64,000 bases of DNA from positions 3,533,716 through 3,597,715 of the forward strand of contig CAVNZM010000005.1 in the NCBI GenBank assembly GCA_963693365.1, written 5' to 3'. The notes beneath the pieces were generated by a model. That model had not been told where the DNA came from and did no database searches. It saw only the letters and a list, made by a program, of their open reading frames with translations. Made by a program: the position numbers and the translations under genes. The stretch is from Amoebidium appalachense. Lineage: Eukaryota; Protista; Ichthyosporea. Positions within the stretch are counted from its first letter, which is position 1, and the number at the start of each line of letters is the position of its first letter. Shown piece after piece: positions 50,644 through 64,000 of this stretch.

Positions 50644-52767
50644 TTTTGGTATCTATGAACTGTGGGTACAGAAGTAAAGTTTGTATGTTACTACCCAAAA
50701 AAAGTAGGGGGGTAAGGAAAATGAGATGACGGTGCAGTTAGTTTGACTTTCCATTCCATGCTCTCTTCTGTTTTGCCCGTGTGTTTCTCACAGTGTCTCA
50801 GTGGCCGAAGCGGGGATTTCTTGGAGCCATTTTTCAGGCTACAATAGTCTACATGGCGCTGATTGGTTAAAAATGCCTCGTCCGTGCAAACCGGCAAAAC
50901 TGATATTCTAATCTTAAAACATAGTTTTGATTTTAAATCTTTTAAATCCTGAAAACCAATACAGTTACATGAATATACACCAAAACGCAATCTATCTGGT
51001 ACAAACAAGTTTCATTCCTGGACTTGATTTTGAACGTTGTGATTGGCTAACATGAACAATAGCCATCTTAAGACAAAAACAGTCTAGTGCCGGGAGCGGC
51101 CCACTGGCCGGAGGAGACTGGCAGATAGAGAGAGGAGAAAAAGAGAAAGTGTGTGTGTGTGACGATGCGGCATGATAGCCTATCGAATTTACAAAGAGAG
51201 GGGCGTTTTGTGACTCTCCAAAAGGCTTTCCCGCACCATCATGGCATGGTTACAAACAGCGAGACAGGAAAAAAGGCTTTTTTTTTCACGTACGGATTTT
51301 TCACAAGTCGTCTTCTTGGAACCAAAAACGCAAACAGCGGCAAAACTTCACTCCCGAAAAAGGCCGGCTTGACTATGACCTAGGTAGGCGTCTCACGCGT
51401 TTAAATTTTGGTTCCGCATAAATGATCCCTCATTCATACCCGTGGACTTAGGAGCAATTGTGCTGCCTTGAGCTAAGTTATACGAGCCCCCCCTTGCCAA
51501 CGGTTTCTGGTTCTGACGGCCTCCACGAAAAGTATATGCCCCTTCTCGAGCTCCTCTTTTCCCAATAACTAAAGAACATCATCCAATTTTTGGTGTGTAC
51601 ACTGTCTCAATGCTCTTGGAAGCCTACCCCAGCTGCCCGTGTTTAAATCTGTTCACCCAGCCCAGCCTGCCTACCTTTCACACCACCGTAATCCTACTAC
51701 TTGAGCCGAATTTTCCTCTTTCGCTTCTGTTTTGGATCTTAACAAGCTTGGGCCTGCTCTTCGTCACGGTCAATGATTTGCGCAAACATCATTCCTTTTT
51801 CGCTATTTCCTTGCTGCTTTTTGCTAGCAGGTGGTAATGTTAACTCTAATTATCCTCTGAAATCCGAACAGGTTTGCTCGTTGCCCTCCTCAGCCTCCCC
51901 CCCCCCCCCCCCCCCCCCCCCCCTCCCCCCCCCGGGCCCCCCCTGCCCCCCTGCCCCCCTCCCCCCCGCTTCCGTTGGGCATTCTTCGCATTTACTTCAA
52001 TGTTGCCTGGGATTGATTTCATGCCGGAAATTATTGCTTTCCCTCGAGCCATAAAAATGCTTGCTTGTGGATGTGTGTGTACAGCAGGTCAGGGCGGCCA
52101 TGACTGGAAGAAAATGGAGGAAACCCTGTGCACATACACATCATAAGGATATGCACACGACTGTGTGCTGTAAAAGCTCATAGGAATACAGGGAAGCAGC
52201 CCTGGCAATCTGTGCTGCCCTTTTCTTTCTTTCTCTGTTTGTTTTTCTTTTTTCCTCTCTCTTATTTGCCCTTTTCTTTCTTTTCTTTGTTTTTCTTTTT
52301 CGGCCCCCATCAGAACCGTATTGTCTATCGTGGAAATTGGCCCAAGCCTGGCGCAGTATCACATACTTGGCCTTGAATTTCCCTTTTTTTTATTTTATTT
52401 TTCTTCAATCTTGTCATGGATGTGTTTTACTTGTACACTCACATACACATCAAATATTGACCCAGCTCTAACACAGCCATCCACTATGACCCTGTACCTT
52501 TCATTTTTAGCCCTCCCGGGGTTTAATGTGACTAAGGGTCGAAACTCAGATGCAGGTAACGACTTGAGGTTCTGCTAATGTTGCATATTCGTTTCTGATG
52601 TTGCATACTTACACGTTTGCCTTTACATGTGTCTGGACTGCACCGTGTTTCTCTTCGTGTAGTTGTCCTTGTGTTCCACATGCGAACCCATCCCGCTCCC
52701 CCTCCATCCTCCCCCCCCCCCCCCCCTCCCCCCTTTCCTCAGGGGGAGGGCTTGCTCTAGATTCTTC

Positions 52768-52826
<59 letters not shown>

Positions 52827-53269
52827 GGCTGGTTGGGGGGGAGGGGAATGTAACTCTCGTCTCAAACCCCTTGTGTTTCTTTGTGGACTTTTTTGTGTGT
52901 GGTTTGTTTCAATCTCCCCGCATACTGTAGTTGCGTTTTGCAATATAATCTTATCTATGCTTTCTGATTTTGGTTTTTCTTTGTCATGTCTTCTGTCCCT
53001 CCCCCCCCCCCTCCTCCCCCCCCCCCTCGCTGACCCAACCGTCTCCCAAATACACACATTGTAGGGAGTCGTCCCTGGTTTTTACATACACATTCTCTTG
53101 GCGATACATCGGCTACTTTAGCATTCTAGGCACACCCGCATACTGCATATAAGCTGCCAAAAAAGTTCGTAATGAATCCTTGTTTCTCCATTCATATAAC
53201 CTGCTGCTGCCCCCTCCCCCCCCCCCCCCCCCCCCCCCTCCCCCCCTTCCCCCCCCCCCCTGGGTACTT

Positions 53270-55441
53270 GATGTGTTTGGCCCCCCCCTGTCAGTGAGGA
53301 TGGGCTCTGCTTATTATGCATACAAAGTTTATGTGTGGTTTGCACCCTGCGTTGTGTAGTTGTCGGTTATAAATGTACCCTTCGTAATCTACAACACAAT
53401 TTAACTCCCCCCCCCCCCCCCCCCCTCTGGGCCCCTAGTACTGTGCCCTCCCTTCTCCCCCTCCCCTCGTATTCCTTCTGACCCCCCCCCCCCCCCCTCT
53501 TCCCCTCCCCCCCCCCCCCTGGTCTCTTCAAAGTTTCCCCGTTTTTCTTTTGTTTTTTGTTTGTGAATGTTTTTGTTTTGGCACTTATGTCTCTTCCCCT
53601 ATAGAGCCTCCGAAACCTTGGTTGGTATATCAAAGGCCTTGATGCCCTTGACTATTACAGAGCCCCCCCCCCCCCCCCCAGCGCCCTTCTCCGGGTGGAA
53701 GTACTCGGACTGGTGATGCATACTCTTTTGTGGACTCTTTCCCGTTCTCTTTTCCACACTGTTTTCTCTCTCTCTCTTTCTCTCTTTCCATTTTTTTATT
53801 ATTATTTTTTTATATATGGTTGGGTGAGTGGGTGGGTGGACATAACCTGCATCGTTTTGTTCGTCGTGAAAGTGTACTTTGTACTTGGTAAGGCATTCTT
53901 ACCCCCCCCCCCCCCCACCACCACCACCCATCCCCCGGAACCTGCCTGCCGGCCACCTCTTTTCGATGACCCACAAACACACACCCACACATCCGCCGCC
54001 TATTCTTCACAACCCTCTCTGCTGTGGGCTTCTCGCTCGAGTTGTTCGCTTTCACCATGCTGTGCTTCCAAGATCTTATGCTGTTTGCTTTACATAAAGT
54101 CCCCGTTTTGAGCTCCCCAGTCACCCGCTCGCGCGCTACCCTATGTGTTCCCTCGGATTTTCTCCGGGAGTTGCCCTGAGGGCAGTGTCTGAAAAAAAAC
54201 TGTTGGGACCTGTGACCACCACCAATATAATCATGTCGAGACCCCTAATTAGGCTCTAGGTTCAATTGCCGGGCGTACCCCGTTTCCCCCCCCTCTCCCC
54301 CACACACACACACACACCACACACGTGCACAAACACACCTCTAATATACAAGCACACACACCCGTACGCACGCACACACTAGCTTCCCCCCCCCCCCCCC
54401 CCGGAAACAAACATGTCAGCCACTTTCCTCCCAGAGGCTCTTCCCGGTGTCCTTCCCCTTTTCCCGCGATCCCCTACTCCCCCTCCCCCAAAAGAACAAA
54501 CATGTCGTACCGTGACCAGCGCGCACACACACACACACACACTTTAGATAAAGTTCCGCTAAGCCTTCCCCCCCCAGGATCACCAGGACCGCTCGGTCCA
54601 TGTGTTTCCTCGAATTATCTCCGGGATTTGCTCTCAGGGCAGCGTCTGAAAATAAAAAGGCCCCAAGGCAATAAACAAGTTCGATTGGTGGCTTGCTCCT
54701 GGACCATGCTTTCATTTAATCTCCCTCCCCCTTACCCACCCACCCACATGGCCACGTGCGCCGGCCCGGCTGCTTACACATGTATACTCGCGGGCGAACA
54801 CACACGTATATATACACACACATTAGGTGACCGTCCCCGGGGACGTCGACAGCCTGATGAAGCAACTTGATCCATGGCCCACTTTCCGTCCTGAGGCTCA
54901 ATTCAAGAATTGCCTGCTCCTGATATGGTACCCGGGCCAAAAATTTCGGGAAATTTTTCCCTCCTCTCTCTTCCCCCCCCCCCCCCCCCTCTAACCTCTT
55001 CTCCCCCCGGGGCCCCCTCCCAAAGCTCAACACAATTGCAAACGAAAAACAAGACCACCTCTCTCTCTCTCTTCTCCCAACCCCCACCCTTTCCGAAGTT
55101 CAGCACCAACAAAATCCGAGATCACCGTGCACGCGACGTCCACATCTACACGCCACCTCTCGGTCCAACCCAACCAGGCAACATTAACAACGTGCAGGGT
55201 GCAAAGTGCGCAGAGCCCGTCCTCCCGTGCGTGCGTTGGGAGGGGGGGGGGGGGGGGGGGGGTTGAATGCGTCAAAAAGTACGAAGTACACAAGAACAAA
55301 CGGATAACACGATGCAGAATGCAAGCCATACATAAAGAGTATGCATAATAAGCAGAGCCCATCTTTAAGGGGGGCCCACGTCATCCACCGGGGGGGGTTT
55401 TGAATGCGGAACACAGTACGAAGTACGCATACACGATGATC

Positions 55442-55473
<32 letters not shown>

Positions 55474-58250
55474 AATGCAATACAGTGGGACATGCAGGCA
55501 ATTTGCAATAACAAGAACAATGCAAATGGGGTTACCGTATTCAATGACTTGTCACAGGGTAAAGCTTAAAGTTGCAGTAAATGGGCAGAATGCAATACCA
55601 TGCAGAATATGTAACATGTGCAGCCCGGGTACACACGTGTGCATGTGCATGATAACTAGGTGCCACTTTAATTAACGTGTACCCATGTACTCGGCGTTCT
55701 CTCTGTGTATGTGCATGTGTGTGTTGTGTTGTTGCATGTGACGACTGTGTATACTGTGTGTGCAAGAGCTGAGCCACTGCTGAAGCATTCCTTACCCGGT
55801 TATGTGTGTGTCTGTTGTCAGTGTGTGAAACTGTCCTTGACTCCTGCTTTGGCACCGCCACACGATGCAACAGGCGCATCCATTCTCCACACCTGTGTTT
55901 CAAGAGCATCGACCACTTCGATATTCTACAGGCTGGCACGTCACGTGACTCGAGAACTACTTTATTCAGCAGGAACCATTATTCTTACCCTAGCCCCCTT
56001 AGGGGCAGGCCCAAACCCAGAGTCCAGGCTATGCGCTCGTCCGGGGAGTGCCGCCTGGGTATATTCGACGGAAGGACTACTAAGGAAAATATACATCACA
56101 TCACTGGGTGGGCCACAAAAAAAAGAAATATACCGGGGTCAGTATGGGTCACTCAGCCCGCCACAGGCAGCCGCTGCCCTGGCCGAATTGCTGTGTCCAG
56201 CGCTTTACAACTTGTCTGTGGGGTAAAGAGTGTGACGTCAGCATTGAATCCATGGCACATGCACATCAGGACACGAAAGTAAAGTAGTAATTCAAATTGC
56301 CAGGTAGGATAAGGGTGCATGACGGGAAACTGTACAATAAAGCGGGCATATGCACAGACCACATGGGATTATATTTTTTGGAGGTGGGGGGGGGGGGGGA
56401 GGGGTACACACCGTAGAACTGGTCGAGGGTGGGGATCTCCTCCTTGAGACCCTTGCGCTTGCGCGTGGCCCTGACGATTTCGTTGGGCTTGCTGGAGGGG
56501 TCCAGGGGGTCGTTAAGCATCATGGCCCAGTGGTCGAACACGCACTGGGGGAAGGCCTGGCCACCGGTCTGGGAGCGCAGATCGGCGGTGAAACCGAAGG
56601 ACTCGTTGACGGGCAGATGGGCCTTGACCATGTACATGGGGGTCCCGGCAATGCGCTCCTCACCGAACACGACACCACGGCGTTTGTTGAGGCACGAGTA
56701 GATGCCACCGATGGCAACCTCGGGACACTGCGGGGGTGCTTGTGTTAGAAGGGAACAAGGCAGGAGGATGACAAGTTGCTCTTAAGGATGGATGGAGAGG
56801 GGGGGGGGGGGGGGGGGGGGGAGCACACGACCGAGATACGAGCATGTGTCGCAATATTCCTACTTTTGTGTTTTTAAAAACTTATTGGTTTGTGTTTTTA
56901 AAAACTTATTGGTTCAGGTGTGTGCAACATGGAAACGGAGTCGCCTAAACAGGACGTGGTCTGGCATGCAACCTAATGTTGTACTAGTCAGGCTGTTGTA
57001 CTAGTCAGGCTGTGAAAACAGCTTCATTGCACGTGTGCCAGTGTGACATGCATTATAGACTGTGCTTTTGTGCAAGCAAGTGTGTATACCCAATGGACAG
57101 GCAGTGTTTTTTTTTAGTAAGAGCAAATAACATAAGACAGGGAAACTTCCAGTGCCACACTGCTCAATCAAAGCTATGTGCAGCACAATACACACTAGGG
57201 GTGTAGCACACACCTGGATCTCCACAAGGTAGTAGGGCTCCATGAGGCGGGGGGAGGCAGTCAGCACGCAGGCGTAGAGCACACGGCGGGCAGTGGGGAT
57301 GAGTTGGGAGCCACCGCGGTGGATGGCATCGGCGTGGAGGGTCACATCGTGCAGGTTGAAGCGGACGGCGCGCATGTTCTCGTCGCAGAGTACACCTTCC
57401 TTGGTGGCCCACTGGAAGCCAGCAACGCAAGAGTCCTTGATTTCGTTCAGGTACTGCACACCCTTGGTGACGTCCACCAGCAGGTTGGCGCCGGTCGTCT
57501 CCGGGCCGAAGCACCAGATCTTACGGGCATCAGTGGCATCCCAGCCGAACTCGTCGACGAGGAGTTTGGCACGCTCCTTGGGCTCCTGCTTGGGGTTGAT
57601 GTCGCCCTTCTCGATCTTGTCGGCAAGGCCGTCGGCGAAAGGCTCGGCCTTCATGTACAGACGGTTGTGCTTGTTGGGGGACTTTGACAGGCACATAATG
57701 CTGGACTCGGCAGACACGGTCTCACGGTAGGACACCACGGGGTCGGACTTCTTGAGGGGGATCTGGGCGTGGTCCTCCTCGAGATCCTGCAGATATAACA
57801 TCAGAACCAGTGCACGAAATGGAATTCAATAACTACCAAGCTATATGCGAAGGACAAATATGAAGTGTCTAGATGCCAGAGAGAGGCTTTCGAAGGCTCC
57901 CTTGTGGAAGCGGGGGGAGGGGTCGGTTAAGGGGGTGGTGGGGGCTTTAGTCTTTGCAAACAGTGTATACTATATCATAGCTGTCCTGAAAAGCAAATTA
58001 ACATTTCGAGGAAGGGGGGGGGGGGGGGAAAGGGTTGCATCATAAAACACATGTCCAAATGTAACAACGTGGAAGGAGGGAGGGAGAGGGGGGGTTTGAA
58101 TGCGGAACACAGTACGAAGTACGCATACACGATGAGAAGCATGGTGCAGGACACATGCAAAGGCAAACATTCAAGTATGCAGCATCAGCCATGCGCACAG
58201 TATGCGTCATAAGCAGAGCCCATCCTCAGGGAGGGCCCAAGTCATCAATT
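53270..58250. repeat. Short dispersed repeat family: 53270-53355 (inverted), 55261-55440 (about 1.4 tandem copies), 58090-58250 (eEF2 intron)
   Basis: Shared blocks tttgaatgcggaacacagtacgaagtacgcatacacgatga and agtatgc.t.ataagcagagcccatc. Confidence 0.8.
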
Positions 58251-61200
58251 GCGTCTGAGTTTCGACCCCTTAGCCCGCGTATATACGACGCTCCAACTCA
58301 GACAGCAGCATCAACTGAACTTGGGTGGGTCAACCCGTCTTGATCAAAGACGAGCAGGGAGGGAGAGGGGGGGGGGGGGGGGGGAGGCACGAACCTTCAA
58401 GCAGATCTCGAGATGGAGCTCACCGGCACCGGCAATAATGTGCTCACCAGACTCCTCCATGGAGATCTGCACGAGGGGATCGGACTTGGCCAGACGCTTA
58501 AGACCCTCCACCAGCTTGGGCAGATCCTGGGGGTTCCTGCACTCCACGGCCACACGCACGACGGGGGACACGGAATACTTCATCACGCGCATGTTGTGGG
58601 CGTTCTCGTACGTGGTGATAGTACCGGTCTTGACGAGGTACTGGTCAACACCCACCAGACCGACAATGTTGCCTGTACGTGCACAAAGAGTGTGTCAGGA
58701 ATAGTCGTAGGGTAAAGTTGAACCCCCCCACCCCTTCCCTCTCAAAGATCTACATTCTGGCACCTTCTGCAGCTGGAAAGACACAGCTAATTGAAGCCCC
58801 AGCTAATTCAAGTCACAGAGAGTTTTGGAGCACCAACCAAACATTACCACCGCTGGCTAACGTTCAGAGCATCTATCTCCGCTCGTGAAGCGGTGTGTCG
58901 GTGGAGGGGGTGGGGGGGAAAGGGGGGGGGGGGGGGTGATGTGCTAGACAACACGATGCTGGTGCCGGTAAACACAAGAGCTTATGCAGGGGTGGAGGAG
59001 GAATACACACCGGCAGGCACATCCTCGATGGCCTCAGTGTAGCGACCCATCATGAGCACGGTGCGCTGGATGGGCTTGAGGTACAGATCCTCCTTCTTGC
59101 CCGGCACGTAGTTGGGGCCCATGATGCGCACCTTCTGGCCGGTGGCGACCTTGCCGGAGAACACACGGCCGAAGGCGAAGAAGCGACCGCGGTCAGAGGT
59201 CGGCACCATCTTGCTGATGTACATCATCAGGGGGCCGTTCTGGTCGCAGTTCTTCATGCTGATGGCCACCTCGTCATCGAGGGGACCCTCGTACAGCATG
59301 TCCGTGCGGTACTTCTGCGCAGTGTGGGGGGAGGGCAGGTGAATGGTGATCATCTGCAAGAGGGCATCACCGGCGGGCAGCCACTTGCGCATGATGGTCT
59401 TGAGCAGGGGCTTGCCCTCCTGGTCCTTCTCGTCCGAGGCAAGCTGAGGGGAGAAGTTGGGCGTTAGCATAAGGTATAAAGTTCCGGCAAGAAGTGTGTG
59501 GGGGATGAGGAGTGTGTTCCTTTCATGTGTGTAAATAAGCACCATGGGTGTTTGGCGTGCCAAGTAAGTAATGTAACGTGTATGATTTCTGCTGTTTGCA
59601 TAAAAACCGAGTTTTGACATATGCAGCATGTATCACATCGGCAATACACACCTTGACACCGAGGACGGTGCACAGCTTCTCGACCTTGTCGCGCTGGTTC
59701 TTGAGCACGGAGTCCACCAGCTTGTAGATGGGGTCCAGCACGAACTGGCAGAAACCGCGCACATAGCCGGGCTCGGCCTGCTTCTTCCACTTGCGCTCGG
59801 TGTTGCTGTAGAAGTTGTCGCCCCAGAAGCGGGCCATGAGCTTCTCAGGCTCCATCTTAAATTTGCTGGCGTAGATGTCAGCGAACTGCTTGAGCGTGAA
59901 GGCCCAGCTCTGCAGACCGGTACCGAAGGCCACGGTACCAGCAATGGGGGACACCTGGATGTCGCCCATGGGGCCGCCCTCCTCACCGTAGGTGGCAATG
60001 ATGACGTTGATGTTCTCAATGATGCGCTGGAAGGTCTGGTACATGTCCTCCTGCTCGAGCTGAAGCTCGAGAAGAGCACGATCCATCTTGTTCATCATCA
60101 GAACGGGGCGAATGCGCTCGGCAATGGCCTGGCGAAGCACAGTCTCGGTCTGCACGCACACACCTATGGGTACGAACATGCGGTAAGAACCTAGGTATGC
60201 GCGGGGGGGGGGGGGGGGGGGGATTTCGCAACAGACGTCCTAAACATCCCGTGCTCAACCTCTTCCCTCCATATCCAGTCGTCGCCCCCCCCCCCCCCCC
60301 CCAAAAAAAAAAAACACGGCTCGTAGTGCAGACTGTGACAAAGCATGCATGTCGACATCAAAATAGAGTGACTTGATAATTTAGACCTTGTTCCAATGCC
60401 ACCTCCCCTAAACTAATTTCCAGCCTACACTCCTGCCCAGCCAACTAATGGCCGGGGGTGTAGCGTGAACATTCTACAGTCACTCCTGCAGAAGGCAAAA
60501 AGACATTTCTATCTTGTTGAGTACGTACCGGACACGCAGTCGACGACGACCAGGGCACCGTCCGTCACACGGAGGGCGGCAGTAACCTCAGATGAGAAGT
60601 CGACGTGCCCCGGGGAGTCGATCAGGTTGATAAGGAAACCCCTGTCGTCGGCCTCCTTCTCCTGCTTAATCATGGCATAGTCGGACTCGGCCAGCTCGTA
60701 GAACATAGTGATGGCAGTGGACTTGATGGTGATGGCACGCTCCTGCTCGTCAGGGCGGGTGTCCATGAAACGGGTCTCACCGGCCCTAGCGCTAGCAATA
60801 ATACCGGCCTTGGAGATCAGAGAGTCCGTAAGGGTGGACTTGCCGTGATCGACGTGAGCAATCACAGACATGTTACGAATGTTCTTGCTCTTGTCCATGA
60901 TGGTACGGATCTGGTCGACCGTGAAGTTCACTGCATGGTGAGTGATGGTCAGTGTTCGTTCTACCAGTCAAGTGAAGTCCTCAACCGTGCAACACGACCC
61001 CCTTACACCAACACCTGGGACTCAATCGTGCTTACATTTTCAAAACAGTAGTAAACACACACTTATCCCCCAACTTGCCCTATTCCTCTCTTCGCAGCAA
61101 GCCCGCCATGTATGGCAACCACTGCCTCGTACGATCAGCCCTGCAGCTAAAGCAAAGAGAACAGCGAACTGTGGGGCAAAAAAATTTATGCGCTTGCAGG

Positions 61201-61762
61201 TCCTACACGTTTCAAGAAAGTTTACAATTTTAGAAAAGGATCCTGCTTGCTCGCCTTGCTGCATACCTGCTCAGACCGACAAAACACATCTCGAGCGCCA
61301 TCAACATTGCAAAGCTACATCTCATGCGTAATCTCATTCCCGGTTACTTTGTCCTATTGAATTGTCACGTCACAATTTCATCTCCCGAAAAAACTGGGGT
61401 CAAGAAATAGTGCATAGCCTGTATGTGCTCCAAAAAGTGACGGCCGCCCAAATTGCCTATGAATACTACAGCCGCCACATTTTCGGCTTCAAAGCAGCGA
61501 GCCGTATGTCTCTACCATCGTAGCGATACTCCAGTCACAAAAAGTCGTCTAAAACTACAGGATGCCCCTGGATTGTCCTGGATGCGAAAATCTGTACTAC
61601 ATCCTGCCGCTGACGTTCCGTCCTCTGTAGCCCCGCGCATCGACAATTGTAGTCTGTATAATACAAACAGGAAACTCCCTAAAACACAGCAACAGCGTCT
61701 AAAGCTGTGTGTATCACTCAAATGCTACGGATTGCTCGGATGGAGGTGGATTCCATACCCAT
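56205..61762 (-). CDS. EEF2: Eukaryotic translation elongation factor 2 (842 aa); exons 61762-61759, 60930-60529, 60163-59652, 59443-59011, 58672-58395, 57786-57214, 56727-56412, 56215-56205
   Basis: [34 protein letters not shown], diphthamide loop [10 protein letters not shown]-terminal FYDKL. All introns are GT-AG and phase-compatible; total 2529 nt; strong C/G third-position bias. Confidence 0.97.
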
Positions 61763-63275
61763 TTTGCCGGTGGGGGGAGCGAAGCTCCTGAGCGATGTTG
61801 AGGTGGAAGTTGGTTAAAAACAGGTCGGGGACACTATGCCGCGACCAGTGAACAGAACGTGTGAGGCTGGCGAAGAGGTTGCAACTGTGCTTATATTAGC
61901 CCCTCTAACCAATAGAAATCACATTAAAAACTCTAATATTGATTGGTAGAACAAAAAGAAGAATCCGTACACCAAAATGATTTGCAGACAACAAGTCAAT
62001 TACTCGAAAAGGCAAATGAACTTGAAGGGGGTAATAGAAAATATTCAATTTTGATTGGAGGATCTTCACAAAAACCCACGTGCACTACATCTTCCAAAGG
62101 CATGCTTGCTGCAGTGCCAATATTGCAGGCACCAGTAGCCCCTAGTTTGCACTATCATATACCAAAGACATGTTTTGGAAATTGCTGCGTGCTTATGCTT
62201 TGTAGACTTGATTTTTTTAGATCCAGCGCTGAACTTCAAGGTAGGCCACGGCAGCTAATTATAACACCGTTCCCCCTAGCAAAACAAATCCATTTCATGA
62301 CACAAAATGTATGACTTTATTGAGGTGCTCATAGAAGGTGAAAAGGCGAGATATCGCAGATATCCCGGGGTAAAGAAAAAACCGCCCATGAAAGGAAGAT
62401 ACCGGCCCAAAAAAAATACATGTTGTTTTAGATAACATCGTAACGCATAGTACTATATGTACAGCACAACTGATAGAAGTCACCTCGGGAAGAATAGGTT
62501 CAGAAATAAAGTTGCAAAGAAAGGAGACAGCTGCAAGAACAAAAAAAAAAAAAAGAAGAAGAAGAAGAAGAAGGAAGAAGCTCAGATGTACACAGGAGAA
62601 AGAAGCTCAGGTGTAAACTAACTGGGAGGAGATCACAAGAGAGAGACTAGATTGCCCCATCTGGTCACGAGGATGTAGACATTAAGCTACAATCTGTCAG
62701 GAGCCTACGACCAAGCTTCTTAAATGGCAGAGCTCCCCCATAAACCCTGACAATAGAGTAGTCGTTCGATAGGCACTCAAGGGCAATACAGAACTCGCTT
62801 GGACACCAGATTAATCCCAGACAAGCCCGCCCGGAGTTCACGTAAACCTGCCTAGGAAATCTAACAGTCAAGCTAGCTGTAGCAAGGCACGCAAAAGAGA
62901 AGACGTCTAGACACGTGCACAAGCAGTGTGCGTTCCAACGAGGAAAGGTTCTGCAAAGCTCAGCAACAGCCGCAATGAAAGCTCGTGATTGTGGCTAACC
63001 AGGGAAGCTTCTCGGCGTCCTGCTCAGCCACAAAACCACCCCCAAACAAAATGTTTCACGTCGAGCATGCGCATATGCATGGCCCGGACCGGTTCTAAAA
63101 GACATTTGATAATACGCTTCGCCATTTCACACTGACCTGTTATGAAAAATGGCACTTTTACATTAAGGTTTTATTGTGAACTTTGAAGCAGGTCGGACTT
63201 ATAAAATGCTGCCGCATGATACTTAATGAACGATTTTTGTAGGACCCTATAGGGACCACTATATGCTACATATAT

Positions 63276-63328
<53 letters not shown>

Positions 63329-64000
63329 TAGTGTACATCATATTAGTATACGTATACCTTGCCGGGCATGCAGCAGGCTTTTTTGAGATGAACTCATTGG
63401 AGGTACAGGACTAACCATTGATTTTTTTGGATTTATTCAATACAGATTCGTAAGTACGCACGGAAAACTTTACGAGTTATTCAATAACACGTGCATACTG
63501 AGATACCTGGGCACGGTGTACACTGTGAAAATCATGTCGACATGTAATTTTGAAAAATGGGTATCTGGAGACACAGCTATATGTATCATATTTTACTTCG
63601 CTCAAACTATATGCGAAAGGAATGTGAAACGAAAGTAATGCCTCCACCCCATTGGATTGTCCTGTTTTCCATATATGGTACTCAACACACGTATTCAAGA
63701 GCCAATCGTCATTTTGGCTGTATTTTGTTAGATCTGGGCGGCTCCTATTGGATAACAGTTTTAACTGTCATCTGTGAATGTCATGGCTCTAAGTTTTGTC
63801 GCATTTTGATTCGCTTAAACTCACGTAACAATATTGACACAGAGCTACATTGGAATGTGCAAGGCAGAAAGACTGAAACCGTAGAAGGGTTTGTCCACGG
63901 CCAGACTCTCAGAGTGACAAAACGTGGACAGAGAAAAGTGGAAGCTCAGAGTTCGTTGGAACACAAAAAGGCCCGGTGTAACATTTTTTTTGGCCCCTAG

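Noticed and set aside
51590-55250. Possible gene between GNAT and eEF2
   Set aside because: Only short protein-like fragments; no consistent exon chain or recognisable domain.
58178-58252. Intronic C/D box snoRNA in eEF2 (minus strand TGATGA...CTGA...CTGA, guide resembling 18S GGAGGGCAAG)
   Set aside because: The segment belongs to a dispersed repeat whose other copies do not keep the boxes, and the putative guide has a 2-nt insertion against rRNA.
56350-61051. Plus-strand ORFs overlapping eEF2 (and similar antisense ORFs over copia and the LINE)
   Set aside because: Antisense shadows caused by codon bias of the real genes.
63557-64000. 147-aa ORF at the window end
   Set aside because: No recognisable motif or host-like codon bias, and it is truncated by the window edge.

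Overview
Eukaryotic genomic DNA with spliceosomal GT-AG introns and many microsatellites and poly-C/G tracts. It is probably from a unicellular opisthokont/holozoan; this is an inference from the eEF2 gene and from two retroelement primer sites matching animal-type tRNAi-Met. The first ~25.5 kb is a retroelement cluster: an orphan LTR plus PBS, a near full-length APE-RT LINE (minus strand), and a Ty3/gypsy element whose integrase is interrupted by a young Ty1/copia element (identical-looking 765-bp LTRs, TACCC TSD, half-tRNA priming), followed by an older copia remnant. The most novel feature is 25,700-39,690: a ~14-kb segment bounded by terminal inverted repeats (29/31 identical, patchy similarity to ~110 bp, TA on both sides). 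It carries a spliced 2OG-Fe(II) dioxygenase-like gene with a low-complexity insert, a Cys-cluster transposase-like exon and other decayed exons, so it is a candidate large cargo-carrying DNA transposon. The right part holds three host genes: an unknown Ser-rich protein, a tandem bacterial-type GNAT acetyltransferase (4 exons), and eEF2 (8 exons, 842 aa) with substitutions at normally conserved regulatory positions. Many frameshifts fall in homopolymer runs and may be sequencing artefacts.
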